In this document: positions 9,895 to 17,781 of the stretch, piece after piece
Numbering within the stretch: position 1 is the stretch's first letter
How the letters are laid out: each line of letters opens with the position of its first letter
DNA from: Actinomycetota bacterium
Lineage (GTDB): Bacteria; Actinomycetota; Actinomycetes; Actinomycetales; Microbacteriaceae
DNA length: 42,098 nucleotides
Assembly (NCBI GenBank): GCA_041180205.1
Contig: JBEGRX010000001.1
Location: forward strand, 1-42,098
Direction: 5' to 3'
Position numbers and translations under genes: made by a program
The notes under the pieces: generated by a model
Told to the model about the DNA's origin: nothing
The model's input: only the letters and a program-made list of their open reading frames with translations
The model's database searches: none

Positions 9895-10533
9895 ATGGTA
9901 AAAGTAGCGATTGTTGATGACCACGAGGCGGTTCGCCTCGGCTTTGCTGGCACCTGCCAGCAAAACGGCTTTGAATTGGTGGGCTCGGCCGCAACCGTCG
10001 ACGAATTGCTTGAGCAAGTGTCGGACAAAGACTGCGAGGTCGTGATTGCGGACCTTTCGCTGGCCGATGGGTCTTTGGTGCAGGAGAACATCGAGCGGTT
10101 GGTGGATGCCGGACCTGCTGTCTTGATTTACAGCATTGCTGACAAGCCGCCTTTGATGCGCTCGGCGCTTCGGGCCGGGGCAACCGCGATCGTCTCCAAA
10201 TCGCAGCCGATGACAACTTTGATTGAGGCAATTTCTCTGGCCGCTCAGGGCATCATCATCAACAACGCTGAGACCAGCGCGCTGATTGATGCCGATCGCT
10301 CCTTCAAGGAGATCAAACTTTCAGATCGAGAGCGCGAAGTGCTCTCGCTCTATGCATCCGGTATGAGTCTCAAGCAGGTGGCATATCAACTCCAGATCAA
10401 GCCATCTAGCGCCAAGGAGCACATCGACCGGGTGCGAGTGAAGTATGCAAAATTGGGTCGCGAAGCCGCTACCAAAGTTGATCTGTTCCGCCGTGCGGTT
10501 GAAGACGGTATTTTGCAGGGAGAGTTGCTTTAG
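9895..10533 (+). CDS. NarL/LuxR-family response regulator
   Basis: VAIVDDH, phospho-acceptor in VIADLSL, Ser in IYSI, Lys in VSKS; C-terminal LSDREREVL..YASG HTH. Start moved to ATG 9895 (TAACCT 7 nt upstream). Confidence 0.92.
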   Translation: MVKVAIVDDHEAVRLGFAGTCQQNGFELVGSAATVDELLEQVSDKDCEVVIADLSLADGSLVQENIERLVDAGPAVLIYSIADKPPLMRSALRAGATAIVSKSQPMTTLIEAISLAAQGIIINNAETSALIDADRSFKEIKLSDREREVLSLYASGMSLKQVAYQLQIKPSSAKEHIDRVRVKYAKLGREAATKVDLFRRAVEDGILQGELL

Positions 10534-11706
10534 GTGTCACAGCCAAAGCTCGCCTCTTCTGCAAGTGTCCGACTGGAAACCATGTTCAGTCGGATCTACT
10601 CGAGCGCGCTAGCAGTCCTGCATATCGAGGTGATCGCAAATGCGGTTATTCAATCTCCATACCTTGGGTCAGGCAAGTGGTGGGTGCTGTTTTATGTCAC
10701 TGTCCCAATATTCGGTATGTTCCTCCACTCCTGGCTCAGGGGCAAGCTCGGGTTTTGGGCATACCTGCACGGAGCTACCACGTTGCTTGCCGTTTGGCGC
10801 TTTCCCTCACTGGTTTTGGATCCCTACCAACTGCCAGAGAACTTCCAAGCCTGGGTTTGGTGGTTGGTCGGAATGGCGACCATTTCCATGGGCGTTGCCA
10901 ATCCTCGCTGGCTGGGTTGGGCTTACCTGGTTGTGGCCTCCGCGAGCTGGTTCTTATTGGACACATCGCTCTATGGCGGCCTTGGAGATTTAGGCGTTGC
11001 CCTGCAGGATTCGGTGTATGTTTTCTTGCTCGGTGGTACGGTATCAGCACTGGTGCGACTTACTCGCGATGGTGCAAGACGAGCCGATGACGCTAACTCA
11101 GTCGCGATTGCCAAAGCGGTAGAGCAGGCGCAGGTTGATGCTACTGAAAGGGAGCGCCAGCGAATCGATGCGCTGGTTCACGATCGGGTGCTCAACACAC
11201 TGCTGATTGCCGCGAAGGCAGAGTCAGCCGCAGACCAAGCCGCGGCTGCCCGCGCCGCCAACGAAGCCATCGTCAATCTGGAATCTGCCGCTAAAGAGCT
11301 GGATGCAACCTCGAGTGTCACAGTCTTGGGTCTCTATCGCTCACTTCGAAAAGCAGCGCTTCGAACCGCGGAAGAAATATCGGTTGAAATAGTGTCTGCC
11401 GGACTTGAGCAGCTTCCGGCCGAGGTGGCCCAAGCGATCACCGAAGCAACCCTGCAAGCCATAGACAATGCCCTCAGTCACGCTCAGGCGAGTTCGATTC
11501 GAGTGATACTCGGGCAAACAGGCTCCAGTGGGGCAATGGTTCAGGTGGTCGACAATGGTAGGGGCTTCATTCCCGAGCGCTTGCCGAAAGATCGCCTCGG
11601 CATTCGAACCTCAATCGAGGCGCGCATGCGATTGGTTGGAGGAGTTGCGAGCGTTATCAGCAAGCCTGGTGCTGGCACCACCGTTGAGTTGAGGTGGCCA
11701 AATTGA
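10534..11706 (+). CDS. Membrane sensor histidine kinase (HisKA_3-like)
   Basis: About 5-6 hydrophobic segments, then ERERQRIDALVHD H-box, N-box AIDNALSHA, DNGRGF, PGAGT. Confidence 0.85.
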   Translation: MSQPKLASSASVRLETMFSRIYSSALAVLHIEVIANAVIQSPYLGSGKWWVLFYVTVPIFGMFLHSWLRGKLGFWAYLHGATTLLAVWRFPSLVLDPYQLPENFQAWVWWLVGMATISMGVANPRWLGWAYLVVASASWFLLDTSLYGGLGDLGVALQDSVYVFLLGGTVSALVRLTRDGARRADDANSVAIAKAVEQAQVDATERERQRIDALVHDRVLNTLLIAAKAESAADQAAAARAANEAIVNLESAAKELDATSSVTVLGLYRSLRKAALRTAEEISVEIVSAGLEQLPAEVAQAITEATLQAIDNALSHAQASSIRVILGQTGSSGAMVQVVDNGRGFIPERLPKDRLGIRTSIEARMRLVGGVASVISKPGAGTTVELRWPN

Positions 11707-12668
11707 TCAGGCTGTCCAGAGTCGCCATCACCATCTTCACGCTTGCTTTTGGTTTTTATCACGGCATTCTGGGTCTGCTAAACCTCAGTCATTACGAACG
11801 TCCTCAGTTCGCGATCGCAGCAATCTCAATGTATTTTGCCGCCCTGATCTTGGTTATGGCAGATCGGCCTGGATTGAGATTGCGCGATTACAAGGCCGCT
11901 ATTGCGCTGATCGTCTCGATGCTGGTTGCACTTCTGATGCCGGCATCGGTTGGGGCGGAGCACGTCGATAATCACTCGACCTGGCACGTTGCCGGTGTTG
12001 CCACTCTGATGGCTATCATCGCGCTCAGGCAGCACAAGGTGATGGCTTGGTTTGGTGTGGTGGTGATGACCGCTCAGGTTCTGGTTTGGGGCGGATTCGG
12101 GCTTCTGTTCAACGCCGGTATCTTTGGAGCCTTGATGTTGGTGGCGGCAGCTCACGCGGCCTCGGTCACCCTGGCTATCACCTCAAAGGCCGCGATTGAT
12201 TTTCGCGAGCAAGCACTTGCCACCGCTGCCGCAACCGCAGCTAAATCGGCTGCCAGAGCCGAGCGTCAGCGCCGAGTGGAGGATGCATTGGGTGCTGCAC
12301 TTCCGATTCTGAATCAAATTGAGCAGCTTGGCGGTCGGCTCACTGATGCTCAGAAAAAACAGGCGCTTGAGCTTGAGGCGATGCTTCGCGATCAGATTCG
12401 TGGCCGCAAATTTGACCTTCCAGAATTGCTGACTGAGGTGGCTAAGGCTAGATCTCGAGGTGTCGAGGTCCAGGTATTGGATGACGGTGGTCTGGATCTG
12501 TTGCCTGACGAGTCCAGAGAGTCTTTGCTCAAGCAGGTCGCCAGCCATGTGGCAGGTGTGGATTCTGGAAAATTAGTCCTGCGATCGGTCGCCGGGGAGA
12601 AGTGGACTGTATCCATTACGGCATCGCAGCCTGGGTCTGAGGTTCCGGATTTGTTTGTTCGTCTATAA
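11694..12668 (+). CDS. Multi-pass membrane protein, degenerate kinase-like
   Basis: About 5 TM segments, Ala-rich coiled coil ending AERQRR with no His, LRDQIRGR, VQVLDDGG. Overlaps the upstream kinase. Confidence 0.7.
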   Translation: MAKLIRLSRVAITIFTLAFGFYHGILGLLNLSHYERPQFAIAAISMYFAALILVMADRPGLRLRDYKAAIALIVSMLVALLMPASVGAEHVDNHSTWHVAGVATLMAIIALRQHKVMAWFGVVVMTAQVLVWGGFGLLFNAGIFGALMLVAAAHAASVTLAITSKAAIDFREQALATAAATAAKSAARAERQRRVEDALGAALPILNQIEQLGGRLTDAQKKQALELEAMLRDQIRGRKFDLPELLTEVAKARSRGVEVQVLDDGGLDLLPDESRESLLKQVASHVAGVDSGKLVLRSVAGEKWTVSITASQPGSEVPDLFVRL

Positions 12669-12700
12669 AAAAATGATGGGCGGTATCCAAACCCGCCCAT
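12667..12700 (-). terminator. Intrinsic terminator for minus-strand transcription
   Basis: ATGGGCGG (12676-12683) / CCGCCCAT (12693-12700) 8-bp stem; A7 at 12667-12673 reads as U7 after the stem on the minus strand. Confidence 0.8.
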
Positions 12701-12770
12701 TCACTTCCCCTGTGCTCTGCACAGTCCCTGCGCACCCTTTGCTGCGATATCAGAGACAGCTTTATTTCAA
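12667..12770 (-). ncRNA. Candidate small RNA or structured long 3' UTR (boundaries uncertain)
   Basis: About 130 nt without a credible ORF between the accE stop and the terminator; hairpin CTGTGC-AGA-GCACAG; three AGGG motifs on the minus strand. Confidence 0.35.
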
Positions 12771-12796
12771 CGAATTTGGAGCGACTTCGGCAAGCA

Positions 12797-12814
12797 AGTA
12801 ACTCGAATGTTACT
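12797..12814. promoter_or_regulatory. Palindromic operator candidate AGTAAC-N6-GTTACT
   Basis: Perfect 6-bp inverted repeat; also fits the GTnAC-N6-GTnAC pattern of actinobacterial GlnR/MtrA boxes. Confidence 0.45.
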
Positions 12815-12833
12815 AACCATTTTGGGGGACAGC

Positions 12834-13061
12834 TTAAAGCCCAGGCCTGGACGAGGAGTGCCAGTTCGAAGAGAGTTCGCTGCGCAGAATCCCTTGGTTG
12901 CGGTGCCAGGAGGACCCAGGTTTTCTAAGTGCAATCCTGCCAAGTCTTCTTGACTCAATGATTGCTGCGGTTACCACCGCGAGCGCCGCCGCCTGATCTT
13001 CGGCATCTCCGCCTTGAACCTGCAGCAGCTGTTCAATCTCTTCTTCGGAATACTGCTTCAT
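12834..13061 (-). CDS. accE: Acyl-CoA carboxylase epsilon subunit
   Basis: 75 aa, coupled to the beta-subunit stop (TAATG); AAALAVV helix followed by Trp-containing motifs, as expected for AccE/PccE. Confidence 0.7.
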   Translation of the reverse strand: MKQYSEEEIEQLLQVQGGDAEDQAAALAVVTAAIIESRRLGRIALRKPGSSWHRNQGILRSELSSNWHSSSRPGL

Positions 13062-14650
13062 TAGAGCGGAATGTTTCCGTGCTTTTTAGGGGGCAAGCTT
13101 GCGCGCTTGGTCTTTAGAGCCCTAAGGGAGCGAATCACAGCGGTGCGGGTGGCAGCTGGTTCGATGATGCCATCGAGCTCTCCACGCTCTGCCGCTAAGA
13201 ACGGACTGGCTACGTTGTAGGTGTATTCCTTTGCGAGCTGGTCACGAACCTTGGCGATGTCCAAGCCCTGTTCTTCGGCTTCACGAATCTTGTCGCGAAA
13301 CAGAATGTTCACGGCACCCTGACCACCCATAACGGCAATCTCGGCGGTTGGCCAAGCCAGGTTGATATCGGCTCCGAGCTGCTTTGAGCCCATCACGATG
13401 TATGCGCCACCGTATGCCTTGCGAGTGATCACGGTGACCAGTGGCACGGTCGCCTCGGCATAGGCATAAAGCAATTTCGCACCGCGGCGAATTACTCCCG
13501 CCCACTCCTGGTCGGTGCCGGGAAGGTAGCCGGGGACGTCCACCAGGGTCAAAATCGGAATCGAGAAAGCATCGCAGAATCGCACGAAGCGAGCCGCCTT
13601 CTCGCCGGCATCGATGTTCAAAGTTCCAGCCATCTGCTGCGGTTGGTTTGCCACGATTCCGACACTGGAGCCGTCAATGCGAGCAAATCCAATCAGGATG
13701 TTCGGTGCGAAAAGTGGCTGCACCTCTAGGAATTCACCCTCGTCAACCAGTGCTTCGATAATCGAGTGCATGTCATACGGCTGGTTAGGGGCGTCCGGAA
13801 TTATGGCGTTTAGCTTTAGGTCTGCCTCGGTAATCTCGAGCTCTGTCTCGGACTGGTAGGTAACAGTCTCGGAGAGGTTGTTCTCTGGCAAAAAGCCAAC
13901 CAGGGACTTCACATAATCGATGGCATCGGCCTCATCATCGGCCAGGTAGTGAGCAACGCCCGAGGTCTCGTTGTGAGCGCGGGCACCGCCGAGTTCCTCC
14001 ATGCCGACATCTTCACCGGTAACGGTCTTGATTACATCCGGTCCGGTTACGAACATGTTGGAGGTCTTATCCACCATGATCACAAAGTCGGTTAGCGCAG
14101 GGGAGTAAACCGCACCTCCGGCTGCTGGTCCCATGATGATTGAGATCTGCGGGATAACTCCCGATGCCATGGTGTTGAGCTTGAAGATCTCTCCGTATTT
14201 TCCAAGCGCGATGACACCCTCTTGAATGCGAGCACCACCCGAATCGAGCATTCCAATCAGCGGAACACCGGTCTTGATGGCAAGCTCCATGATCTTGATG
14301 ATCTTGTTGCCCGCGGTCTCACCCAGTGAGCCGCCAAAGATTGTGAAGTCTTGCGAGTAAACCGCAACCTGACGACCGTGAATTGTGCCGACGCCGGTTA
14401 CTACCGAATCGCCATAGGGCCGCTTGGCATCCATACCAAAGGCAGTTGATCGGTGTCGAACATACTCATCAACCTCAACAAAGCTGCCCGGGTCCAAAAG
14501 CATTTCAATGCGCTCACGAGCAGTGTTCTTGCCCTTGGCGTGCTGCTTCGCTTTGGCATTGTCTCCAGCGCTGACCACTGCCTCGTGGTAACGAGCCTTG
14601 AGATCGGCCAGTTTGCCAGCGGTGGTGGAAAGGTCAGGAATATTGGACAC
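13061..14650 (-). CDS. pccB: Acyl-CoA carboxylase beta (carboxyltransferase) subunit
   Basis: [68 protein letters not shown] precedes the GTG. Confidence 0.95.
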   Translation of the reverse strand: MSNIPDLSTTAGKLADLKARYHEAVVSAGDNAKAKQHAKGKNTARERIEMLLDPGSFVEVDEYVRHRSTAFGMDAKRPYGDSVVTGVGTIHGRQVAVYSQDFTIFGGSLGETAGNKIIKIMELAIKTGVPLIGMLDSGGARIQEGVIALGKYGEIFKLNTMASGVIPQISIIMGPAAGGAVYSPALTDFVIMVDKTSNMFVTGPDVIKTVTGEDVGMEELGGARAHNETSGVAHYLADDEADAIDYVKSLVGFLPENNLSETVTYQSETELEITEADLKLNAIIPDAPNQPYDMHSIIEALVDEGEFLEVQPLFAPNILIGFARIDGSSVGIVANQPQQMAGTLNIDAGEKAARFVRFCDAFSIPILTLVDVPGYLPGTDQEWAGVIRRGAKLLYAYAEATVPLVTVITRKAYGGAYIVMGSKQLGADINLAWPTAEIAVMGGQGAVNILFRDKIREAEEQGLDIAKVRDQLAKEYTYNVASPFLAAERGELDGIIEPAATRTAVIRSLRALKTKRASLPPKKHGNIPL

Positions 14651-14708
14651 AGAATCTCCTTAGATGCTTGCCTACTTTATCCAGCTTCTAGGCAGTACAA
14701 CTTGAACA

Positions 14709-14751
14709 ATACCTACAAGCAAATTCTAAATTCATCGTAGATACCTACAAG
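14709..14751. repeat. 11-bp direct repeat ATACCTACAAG in the pccB/birA divergent promoter
   Basis: Exact copies at 14709-14719 and 14741-14751, 32 bp apart. Confidence 0.75.
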
Positions 14752-14777
14752 TTTTCCGGTTGCGATACGGTTTTGGT

Positions 14778-15521
14778 GTGTCTCTCTCTCAAACAACCGC
14801 GGTGGTAAACGACTTGATCGCGCTCGAATCAATCGATTCCACCAATCTTGAATTAGCTCGAAGACTGCAAAGCGGCAACCTTCCCAATTTTTTGCTACTG
14901 GTGGCCCGTGAGCAAACTGCCGGCATGGGTCGACTTGGACGGGCATGGGTTTCTGAGCCAGGCACCAGCATTTCGGCTTCGCTATACCTCAGGTCAAGCC
15001 ACACCAAAGATTTGGGTTGGGCAACTTTGATTATGGCAACGGCTATTCGCGCTGCAATCGAAGATTTAGTTACCGAGCCGGTGTTGGTCAAATGGCCAAA
15101 TGACGTTTTGGTGAGCGAAAAAAAGATCAGCGGAATCTTGGCTCAGATTCAGCCAGACGGTGCCTTGATTTTGGGTTTTGGTGTCAATCTCAAGACCCAA
15201 GCCGGTGCCCCAGACACGGCAACCTCGCTTGAGCTCTTGGGCGTTGACGCCGATTTCGATGCCGTGCTGGCTGCAGTGGTGACAAATTTCAGAATTCGCT
15301 GGTCGATTTTTGAGCAAAACCCTCAAGCGGCAATAATCAAGGCTAGGGGTGAATTAGTTCAGCACTCCGCGACCATAGGCCGCTCGGTGCGAGCCGAACT
15401 GCCAGGAGGCGGAGAGGTCTTCGGCATCGCGAAAGCAATCGACGCCGAGGGTAGATTGGTGATTCATACCCCCGAACCGGTGGTGGTGTCGGCTGCCGAT
15501 GTCTGGCATCTGCGAAACTAG
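14778..15521 (+). CDS. birA: Biotin--protein ligase (no N-terminal HTH)
   Basis: DSTN, EQTAGMGRLGRAW, KWPND, KISGIL, GVN. Start placed at GTG 14778 (TACGGT 6 nt upstream). Confidence 0.92.
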   Translation: MSLSQTTAVVNDLIALESIDSTNLELARRLQSGNLPNFLLLVAREQTAGMGRLGRAWVSEPGTSISASLYLRSSHTKDLGWATLIMATAIRAAIEDLVTEPVLVKWPNDVLVSEKKISGILAQIQPDGALILGFGVNLKTQAGAPDTATSLELLGVDADFDAVLAAVVTNFRIRWSIFEQNPQAAIIKARGELVQHSATIGRSVRAELPGGGEVFGIAKAIDAEGRLVIHTPEPVVVSAADVWHLRN

Positions 15522-15541
15522 AGCTTGAAAAAGAGGTGAGC

Positions 15542-16666
15542 ATGCCAGTAGTTGGAGTAATCGGTGCCGGTCAGCTTGCCCGAATGATGCAGCCGGCAGC
15601 TATCGCACTGGGCATAGGCATCAAGGTCTTCGGTGAAGCCGAAGGCTCCTCGGCACACCAAGCCGTCACCAAAGTTGGCGATTACAACGACTTTGGGCAG
15701 CTGTTGGAATTTGCAAAAACCGTAGACGTCATAACCTTCGATCACGAACATGTGCCAACCGCCGTTTTAGAGAGCTTAGCGTCGGAAGGTTTTGCAGTCA
15801 GACCGGGCCCAAACGCCCTAAAACATGCGCAAAACAAACTCACCATGCGGCGCAAGCTAACCGAACTTGGATTACCGCAACCAATCTGGAAAGCCGCTAA
15901 AACTGAGGCTGAGGTGGCTGACTTTCTAGCCGCTTTCGGACCAAAAATTGTGGTCAAGACACCGATCGGCGGCTATGACGGCAAGGGCGTCAGGGTCATT
16001 TCAACCACCAGCGAGGTGAGCGATTGGCTTGAGGGCATCGAAGCTTTCGGTGGCGAGCTGCTACTTGAGCAAAAGGTTGAATTCGTTGGGGAGCTGGCTC
16101 AGCTATCGGCTCGCAGACCAAGTGGCGAATTCCGGGCTTGGCCATTGGTTGCTACTTTTCAGGAGGCAGGCGTCTGTTCCGAGGTGATAGCGCCCGCTCC
16201 GGCATCTTCCCGTCACGCTGAGGCGGAGCGAATCGCTCAGCGTATTTCTGAGGGCCTGGGGGTCACCGGCGTCATGGCAGTTGAACTCTTCGAACTCGAA
16301 TCGGGTGAAATTCTGGTGAACGAGTTGGCAATGCGGCCGCACAACTCGGGTCATTTTTCAATCGATGCCTCGATCACTTCGCAGTTCGAGCAGCACCTGC
16401 GTGCGGTATTGGATCTACCACTCGGCGACACGTCTGGTACAGCAAGCCATGCGGTTATGATCAATCTGCTCGGAGTAGATTCCGAAAATGACTTTTTGCG
16501 TCACTATCCCGCGGCCATGGCCAGGTATCCGCAGGTGAAGTTTCACCTCTATGAAAAAGCGCCGCGTCTAGGTCGAAAGATGGGCCACCTCACGCTTCAG
16601 GGTGACGATTTGTCCGAACTTTTGGCAGCCGGTAGGGGCTGTCGAGAATTGCTTTACAACCGCTAA
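15542..16666 (+). CDS. purK: N5-CAIR synthetase
   Basis: GAGQLARM, TFDHEHVP, GGYDGKG, NELAMRPHNSGH, SQFEQHLRA, RKMGH. Confidence 0.96.
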   Translation: MPVVGVIGAGQLARMMQPAAIALGIGIKVFGEAEGSSAHQAVTKVGDYNDFGQLLEFAKTVDVITFDHEHVPTAVLESLASEGFAVRPGPNALKHAQNKLTMRRKLTELGLPQPIWKAAKTEAEVADFLAAFGPKIVVKTPIGGYDGKGVRVISTTSEVSDWLEGIEAFGGELLLEQKVEFVGELAQLSARRPSGEFRAWPLVATFQEAGVCSEVIAPAPASSRHAEAERIAQRISEGLGVTGVMAVELFELESGEILVNELAMRPHNSGHFSIDASITSQFEQHLRAVLDLPLGDTSGTASHAVMINLLGVDSENDFLRHYPAAMARYPQVKFHLYEKAPRLGRKMGHLTLQGDDLSELLAAGRGCRELLYNR

Positions 16667-16686
16667 ATTGACCTCGGGAGGTTGCA

Positions 16687-17175
16687 ATGAATACTGTCGC
16701 GATAGTCATGGGCTCTGACTCCGACTGGAGAGTGCTTCAGGACGCCGCAACCACGCTCAAGGAGTTTGGCATTGCGCACGAGGTCGAAGTGCTGAGTGCT
16801 CACCGCACTCCGGAAAAGATGATTCAGTGGGGCAAATCTGCCGCCGACCGTGGCATCAGGGTTGTGATTGCGGGAGCCGGTGGAGCTGCTCACTTACCTG
16901 GCATGCTGGCCTCTGTCACTTCCTTGCCGGTAATTGGCGTGCCGGTGGCGCTTGGCAAATTGGACGGCATGGATTCACTTTTGTCGATCGTTCAGATGCC
17001 GGCAGGTGTCCCGGTTGCCACGGTGTCGATTGACGGTGCAAAAAACGCAGCACTTTTAGCAATTCGAATTCTTGGCTCGCATGATTCAGCGCTGCGCACT
17101 CAACTTGACGCTCATCGAGCAGATCTTGCCAACACGGTCGAGGCCAAGAACACCAACCTCAAAAACAGCCTTTAA
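16687..17175 (+). CDS. purE: N5-CAIR mutase
   Basis: [38 protein letters not shown]. Confidence 0.97.
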   Translation: MNTVAIVMGSDSDWRVLQDAATTLKEFGIAHEVEVLSAHRTPEKMIQWGKSAADRGIRVVIAGAGGAAHLPGMLASVTSLPVIGVPVALGKLDGMDSLLSIVQMPAGVPVATVSIDGAKNAALLAIRILGSHDSALRTQLDAHRADLANTVEAKNTNLKNSL

Positions 17176-17259
17176 GCCCAGTTAATTAGCCAAAACCGCT
17201 TGTTGCTCAGGGTTTTCTGAGCCAAGCAACTTAGGGTTGGAGTCGGTTGGAGGTGAGGC

Positions 17260-17781
17260 ATGCGAATTTTTGCAAAGACTTTAGCGGTCGCAGGGCTGCT
17301 ACTAACCCTCACCGGTTGCAGCATTTTCTACCCAAACTGGGGAGCAACCTCGCTACCCGAGCCGGTTACCGAATCGCAGACCGTTGCTCCCGAAGAAACT
17401 GTTTCAGAAGAAACCCCCACCGAGGAAGCAACCCCGGAGGCAACTGCAACTCCTGAAGAAACCAAAGAACCGATTGTCCGCAAAGAGGTCACGGTGGAGA
17501 TCATCATGGCGGTGGCCGAACCATCGGTGGGAGTATTCACGGTGGTGGCACAGATTCCAAATCTCACCGAAACCGGCGGCAAGTGCATCTTCAAGTACCT
17601 GGGCAATGGCGTAACTAAGACCAAAGAGGTAAAGGCGGAGCCCAGCAGCGAATACACCCAGTGTTTCCCCATCGAAATTCCTCTGAAGGATTTGCCTTCT
17701 GGCAACGGGGTGGTGACCGTTAGCTATGAATCCGAGGGGCACTTTGGGACATCCGCCCCATCCTCGGTGGTGATTGGCTAA
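17260..17781 (+). CDS. Lipoprotein of unknown function
   Basis: Signal peptide with lipobox LTGC, Glu/Thr/Pro-rich stalk, beta-rich C-terminal domain with two Cys. GGAGG upstream. Confidence 0.8.
   Translation: MRIFAKTLAVAGLLLTLTGCSIFYPNWGATSLPEPVTESQTVAPEETVSEETPTEEATPEATATPEETKEPIVRKEVTVEIIMAVAEPSVGVFTVVAQIPNLTETGGKCIFKYLGNGVTKTKEVKAEPSSEYTQCFPIEIPLKDLPSGNGVVTVSYESEGHFGTSAPSSVVIG

Noticed and set aside
12767-12958. 63-aa minus-strand ORF overlapping accE and extending into the gap
   Set aside because: Alternative frame of the better-supported accE; no motif or clear initiation signal.
14702-14714. BioQ operator near birA
   Set aside because: Only the TGAAC half of TGAAC-N3-GTTCA is present.
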